NCBI RefSeq assembly: GCF_000181795.1
Contig: NW_003526945.1
Location: 4,818,393 to 4,882,392 of the forward strand
DNA: 64,000 nucleotides
Direction of reading: 5' to 3'
Source of the DNA: Trichinella spiralis
Lineage: Eukaryota
The notes beneath the pieces are model-generated. The model saw nothing but the letters and a program-made list of their open reading frames with translations, searched no databases and had not been told where the DNA came from. Shown one piece after another: positions 57,401-64,000 of the stretch. A program made the position numbers and the translations under genes. Position 1 is the stretch's first letter, and each line of letters begins with the position of its first letter.

Positions 57401-59284
57401 ATATTCAGTGAAGCAAAGTGAACGAATCGCATTACAGCACTGCTTGGAAATTAGTCAAATTGCATAAATCTGCATAAATTGTATATTTCAAAAAAATGTA
57501 ATTTCCAGTATAAAAGTTTTGTTTTTATGATTAAAATTTGAAAAAAAGGCAAACAAAATAAATATAATTGCTATTTTTGTTATATTTAAACATATCTATC
57601 TAATTATGAGGTGAAAAGTATGCATGCTATTTTCCGGAATTATAAATTTCTATTCTGATAAATGACTATCAAATGATGGCAAGTAATTACGTATGGAATT
57701 GTCTTTTTATTGAAATATTTTCAACTCTAAACCATTTTTTAACATGCACAAATGAATTTAGTTATAAAAAATATAATTTAAAATAAGACAGTAGGAAATT
57801 ATTAAAAATTCAATTTTGTCAACTTTGGACAAAGATGATGATGCACTGCACCGCATGTTTATTTTCCCGTTTGACTTGGTCGTTTCAATTGCATGCTGAA
57901 CGGAATTTAGCACAAGCTCAAATGAAAGCTTTATGAAAGTTCAGAACAGCGTAAAAAGTGTAATTATAAAATCTGTCAAAGAGAAATGGGAAAAACAGAA
58001 ATTTGGATCTAATTATTTGCCAAATGTCTCTGGGCAATAAATGATAGACATCAACGATGACGGTTTCTTCAAAGAGCTCTAATTTTGTTTTTTTGAATGC
58101 AATTAACTTCATTTATGCTTGCAAAAGAAGACAGTTGTGTAGATAATAAAAAAACAATAATGAAAAAGTGAGGAAAAGGACACAAAATCCGGCAAGTGCA
58201 AAAAATCATAACTGAATACTGCAAATTGGTTGCAAATTGGTGCCAAGAGGACTGGAAGAAGAAAGCAGAGGGGTTTTGCTTTTTCATTTTGCACAGCTTT
58301 CATTCAAGCTTTATTGTCAAACGATGCAATTGGTTTGTCGATGACGTGTTTGAACAACATACCGCATCATATTTTGAATGAAGACGATACATGATACGCG
58401 GAACAACTGATGCGAGCAGGGCTTTCCCTCTCAACAGGAGCGTTTTTGCTTTCGCCGCCGTGTCAGATCGCTTCTACAGTAATAAATCACGATGGAAAAT
58501 TAACTGACTGAAATGTAGAAGTAGTGGCGCCGAAATTTCAGCTCGAATTGTTGTTCATAATAAAATGTGCAACTTGTCTACCGGCTGGCTGACTTTGCCC
58601 ACTGCTGACATCCTCCTCCACTTGTCGTCCACTCGAAAAGTTGTCGACGGTGCTTAATCATAAACGTTGATCGTTTTTATTTTCAGCTATGCCAAACACA
58701 TCCATTTCACACTCTCGTAATTTTTCGCTTTCTCTGCCGGAAGTTGAAAGTAAAATCAACTGAACTTGTGCTATTCGAAAATGAAATTGAATTCACCCTG
58801 CCCAACAAATGGAAAATATATTGTTAATAAGGACAAAGAGTTTCACGTTTCTCAACTTCATTAAGCAGTTCGAACAGCGTCATCAAGCAAAATTGACAAT
58901 TATGCATTGTTCAAGCTGTAAGATGAAAGAACGCTGAGGAACGATAACAAAATCAACTTTCATATTTGTTGCTCTGATTTCTATCTGGAAGATTGAAAAA
59001 TGCTCTCCTTTATCAACTCGTGCCTGCCTTCCAAAGTTGCTACGACATGCCTCTTTGTTCATCGAAGATATTCACTCCAACAAGGCGTAACGTTTTCCAT
59101 TAAAATATGTTCAATTCATATCGAGCAAACCACTTTTTAATATAATTATTATTTTTATACAAATCGAATTAAAAGCAGTGGAATGAAAAAATGGAATTTT
59201 TTCTTTCTGTGTGCTTGCTTGTTCAATAGTGGAGAAGAAAACTCGGCTGCAGAATTTTCTTCTATTCGTTGCAAACTTAGAACC

Positions 59285-59313
59285 ACTGACTGACTGACTG
59301 ACTGACTGACTGA
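59285..59313. repeat. (ACTG)n microsatellite
   Basis: About 7 copies, seen directly. Confidence 0.9.
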
Positions 59314-61080
59314 TGAAGAAAATATTTTCAAGCCAACCCATCCGGATGTTCAGCTAGTTTGTCCTTATTATGTGGGAAACTTGCAAAATTCATTTTCACT
59401 TTGTGAATCATCGGAAAACTGAACTAGCATCAACCTGCATTATTCTTCCAAAGAAAGCATCTTTTAGCAGCGCTTTTGAAATGTATAAATTTTAAAATAG
59501 TTTACAACACAATATGGTTAGTTTTTGAAAAGCATTTTTTAAAAACCAAGCTAGCAAGAGGATGTTGTTGATATTTGAAATAAACAAACTACAATTGTAA
59601 AGTTGTGTGCAATTTCTCACGTTTCATTATTCAATTTGATCAAGCAAATATTTCATAGCAATTGAAAATTAACATGAAAAACTTATTGATATTGACTTGC
59701 TTTTTTCTGCAAACGTGACTGCTGTTTTTTTTCTTTATTTGATCAGAGTTGGGAAAATTATTTTTGCGATTCGAAATTGACAATTCTACGTGAACAAATT
59801 TTAATTGCAAATTAAAAATATTTCGCTTTTACAATGCCTTTAATTCTGCTGTGGGTGGAATTTTAATAAAATTATCAGTGTTTTGAGATGAATGAACGCA
59901 TATGAACAATTAGTGCTGATTAGTTGGCTCATTTTTCACGTGCTGATGTGGTACGTTGAGTAAATATTTTCATAAGGAACATTCATTATATGTTGGAACA
60001 TGATCAGTAGCAATTTTACGGTATTTATGGGAAAGAAAAAAATTTTCACTCTTCGACTTGTCGAATACATAATGTTCTATGAGAAAAACTGCAAACAAGA
60101 TTCGATTCAGACAGATTCGTACGACGCTAATGTATTTAATACAGCTGAAAAGTTTGTTCAAATCGAATAAAATGACGAGTACAGCTTTTTCAACTTTTTC
60201 ACATACGTATTATCTATTCTAAATATAAGTGAATATAAATGTGCCCAACTTTGTACTCTTGTTTGTCGTTCATCTGTTTGAAATTGTCCATTTTTTACAA
60301 TTGTGCAAAATGCTTAATACTGACTGAATCGTTATTTTGCAAAAGCAGCAATTGGTTGGGCTAACCAAAATCCCCTCAGCATTTATACAACTGCATCGAC
60401 AATGGACAGCGGTGGGAGCAAGCAATTTGCATAGATAAAGTTGGAAAAAAAACAGAAAAAACCTTTCGACAAGTGCTACGCAGCAGCAAAGTGGAAAAAA
60501 AAGCTGACAAGTGAAATTGTTTCTCATTTGTTTTGGTGATGGTTTGGCTTCGATCGTCATTTTTTGTTTCTATTTTCGCTTATATTGGGGCAGTGGCTTC
60601 AGTTGATTCATCTGAAGATGGGAAAACATTGGACCACTGCAAGCTGAACACAAAAAAGCACCTTTCGTCTTTGTGCAGAGCCAATTGGCAAGCGAATAAT
60701 TCGCTTGGCATGGTCCAGGTCGGCGGCAGTGGTCATTTGTTGGGGCAACGGGAAAAGCATTTGTTGTTAGCCGACGACCGAAAAGCTGGACAGGCAAAAT
60801 AAGTTCTTGATATGGGCCATTTGTCACCGGCGAAACTCGATTCCGCCGTTGGCCATTTTACGCCAAGTGCAACCCTTTAGCAGCCGGCGCTGATGATTAC
60901 CCACCTAGGCGAACGCTGATTGGTCGAAAGCGGATTGATTAGAGCTGAGGCGGCTGATAGGCGGAGCGAACAGCGCAGGGACGCTTCGGTGCACGTTGGA
61001 TCGTCAGTAAGTGGAATTGGCCGACTCCAGTGTGTTTGTGGTGCTATTCTTGCACACAAGCTGCGCACAGGCGTCTCGAA

Positions 61081-61935
61081 ATGGCGAAAATACGCTTTTC
61101 CATGGACGAAATACTTTGCGATTCAGTTCAATCACCCAAAGAGCCCACTCCTCCGGTGGAAAAGGAACCCGATCGACGCAAAGCGTCCTCAGTCAAACCG
61201 CCCTACTCGTATATTGCTCTGATAACGATGGCAATTTTGAATTCGCCAGAAAAAAAGCTGACGTTGAGTCGAATTTGTGAGTTCATTATGAATCGTTTCC
61301 CGTATTACCGTGAAAAGTTCCCCGCTTGGCAAAACAGCATACGACACAATCTCAGTTTGAATGACTGTTTTGTCAAAGTGCCGCGTGAACCCGGTAATCC
61401 TGGAAAAGGCAACTACTGGGCTTTGGACCCCGCGAGTGAGGATATGTTCGACAATGGCAGCTTTTTGCGTCGACGGAAACGATTCAAACGGCCAACTCAG
61501 ACTGGTCACTATTTGAGCTTGTTGGATCCATCGAACGGAATATTGGGACCTCCTCCGTCGGCTGCAGGGCCACTGTTACCTACTCCAAGATGCATGGCAC
61601 TGCCGGCAACAAATATGGCATTTCCGATTGGTGCAAACAATCCACGTCCGTTCACTTTGTCCATGCCCTTGGCGTTGTCGCTGAAAGAGATGCAGGACCG
61701 TCATTCTCAGCAAGCGAAAGGTGTTTTCTCCGTTGACCACATTTTGGATTCAATGAACGCTTATCGGCCACCGCCACTTTTGCAAGCGCCGATCGTTGCA
61801 CAGCATCCGTCGGCTATGCCGCCACCGTTGCAACGTTTGATGAAATCGTCAGAAGCATGCCCAGTCCGCGAATCGGTTCTGGCCGTTCTGCCCAACAAGG
61901 GACAAATTTGCCGACCATGGATGACCACCGCTTGA
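61081..61935 (+). CDS. FoxD: Forkhead box D transcription factor (FoxD / unc-130-like), intronless
   Basis: [100 protein letters not shown]. Confidence 0.96.
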   Translation: MAKIRFSMDEILCDSVQSPKEPTPPVEKEPDRRKASSVKPPYSYIALITMAILNSPEKKLTLSRICEFIMNRFPYYREKFPAWQNSIRHNLSLNDCFVKVPREPGNPGKGNYWALDPASEDMFDNGSFLRRRKRFKRPTQTGHYLSLLDPSNGILGPPPSAAGPLLPTPRCMALPATNMAFPIGANNPRPFTLSMPLALSLKEMQDRHSQQAKGVFSVDHILDSMNAYRPPPLLQAPIVAQHPSAMPPPLQRLMKSSEACPVRESVLAVLPNKGQICRPWMTTA

Positions 61936-63903
61936 CCAGTGATTTTTCTCTTTTTGTATATTCGTACAAATTTGGCCCGCTATACAATTAACGGGTCGTG
62001 TATTATTATTTTCTTGAAATTTTTTCATTTGTTTCCTTTTCACTTTGCTTGCTTTCTTTCTTTTTTTCATTTTCATAAAACAGCCACTTCATTTTTGTTG
62101 TCGTTCAGTCGCTCTTACTCATCATGGATTGTCATCATTGCTAAACACACCACCGTGTTACTTTTTTATTGGAAATTTATTTCATTTGCGCTTCTTTCGA
62201 CGCAACGGGAATTGGCAAATTATATTGCTTTGATTTTTTCTTGCTCTCGCTGTTTCTGCTATCAACAGGCGGAGCTCACCTCCGCAGTTGCTATGTAAAT
62301 TTTATCAGGCGTCATCACTTTTTCCTTTGCCGATATTCATATTAGATTAATAACAATGATAACACATCGAACCGGTCATCACAGCAACAGCGAACAGCAA
62401 AGCGTATTCTTTTCAGCTTACTGTTTCCGTCGAATAAAATAGTCCAAAGTGAATTAGTGGAGTATAATTGTTTCGCTATATGTCCAGGTAAGCGTACATT
62501 GCGCATATGGAAGAGTTATCCAATTTGCCTAACCTGATGTTGTCCAAGCAAGCAGTTCCATATAAGCTCTCACAGGAATAGCATGTTTACCAATTAAAAA
62601 TACATCCCACAAACAACTGCTTACAATCCTTTCTAAGAATAAGGGATTATTTAATAAGTTTGTCTATGGTAGAAAAAAAAATGAAAACTTTATCAAAAAT
62701 AATAACCTTAGCGTTTAGCAAGCGAACGCATGCATACTTTGCGCGATTTTCATATTCGGACTATGCTTCACAGTCCAGAAGCAGAATGGCTGAGGAAAAC
62801 TTATTATTAAATTATCATTATTAAAAGCGACAACTGCAATTGCAAATATGAACTGATTGCATCGGAAGAACACAACAAGAACATTACCACAAGGATAACA
62901 CGATTTTATTATGAAGATGAATTGAAATGGTAACAATAATATTAGTAGAAAAGAGCAATATACTATGCTAACAGTAGCATGAAAGCTAAAAATAAATTTT
63001 TCAAATTGCACATCATGCTCATTGCTATTTTATCAAAATTGGATGCTAAGATTGTATGTGTTTTTCAATAAAATGGCATGTTTTGGAAAACAGCATTTTC
63101 TATTTAATCATACTGCTAAAATGATGATTAATTGTTTTTTGTTTGCCTTTTGAAAGGCAGAAAAGTTCTAAACTTTATGAAATAAAACTGACTTTCTTAA
63201 TGTTTTCTTTCAAAATGTCAAAACGAACAGAGCTTGCTGAACTGGCTCATCAAGCCAAAACAGCAAGCATGAACGCCTTCATAAGACGGGATGTTGAAAA
63301 GTTGTTGTTAATAATTCGATTTAAAAAATACAAAATCAGCCTTTGTTATTTTTTTTCATGTTAAATTTTTAAAATTAAGCAAAAAATTAACAAAACGGTC
63401 TGTTTTCGTAAAACTGATAGCGTTCAAAAAAGAACCAATTAAGCAAATCGATAAAGTTGTTGTGAAAGAGTAGTAGTGTTCGTGAGAAAGAGAATTTTTT
63501 TTAAGTGTCTTCATTTGAAAAAAATCTAGCGTTTCTAGATTTAATAGGGTGTATTTTGTTTTTTATTACTAAAATAATTTATCAATAAACGCTTTTAGTG
63601 AAGCAATATAGGAAGATTGAAGCTGATCATAACAATAAAACAATTTCAAGTTTTGGGGCGAAATATCCATCACCCGTTGTATATTTGTTATAAAAGCATG
63701 TTTTATCAATGGATGTTCATTAGCATCAAGTATTGAAATGGATTTATAAGAGTAAAAGAAAGAAAGACAGACAGTATCGTTTGGAATAATTTTTGCTTTG
63801 TTTTCGTTTCAGAGGTCCTCTTTTTCCATTACTATTGAACATGTGCTAGCTACTATTGAATAAAGAAATAATATATCACGGCTACATGGCAAAGTAAACT
63901 CAT

Positions 63904-63951
63904 AGAAAGAGAAAGAGAAAGAGAGAGAGAGAGAGAGGGAGGGAGAGAGAG
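63904..63951. repeat. GA-rich purine microsatellite
   Basis: AGAAAG and (GA)n runs, seen directly. Confidence 0.9.
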
Positions 63952-64000
63952 TGAGTGAAGAAGCACAAATGAAGCAAAAGCAGAATGGCATGACATTCTT

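Overview
AT-rich, intron-rich eukaryotic DNA. It is most consistent with a clade I nematode such as Trichinella; this is inferred from short GT-AG introns with TTTCAG/TTTTAG acceptors, nematode-type TTBK and FER kinases, and a CTCF gene. Bases 1-8400 are a ~1395-bp tandem repeat array with two assembly gaps and two alternating unit variants. It is followed by a TTBK/CK1 kinase, RSRC2, a C2H2 zinc-finger gene, an accessory duplicated region (~21.3-29.9 kb), CTCF (10 visible fingers, polyQ), a WWP1/ITCH-type HECT ligase, BPNT2/IMPAD1, a ZDHHC3/7 palmitoyltransferase, a calexcitin-like EF-hand gene, an SH2-FER-like probable pseudokinase and an intronless FoxD. The most unusual structure is the accessory region. 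Two ~1.95-kb non-coding blocks are almost identical right up to the ATG of two strongly diverged signal-peptide/transmembrane paralogs. Each paralog is followed convergently by a decayed DNase II-like remnant, one of which carries a MITE-like insertion. All gene models were spliced by eye and family calls are from motif recognition, not database searches.
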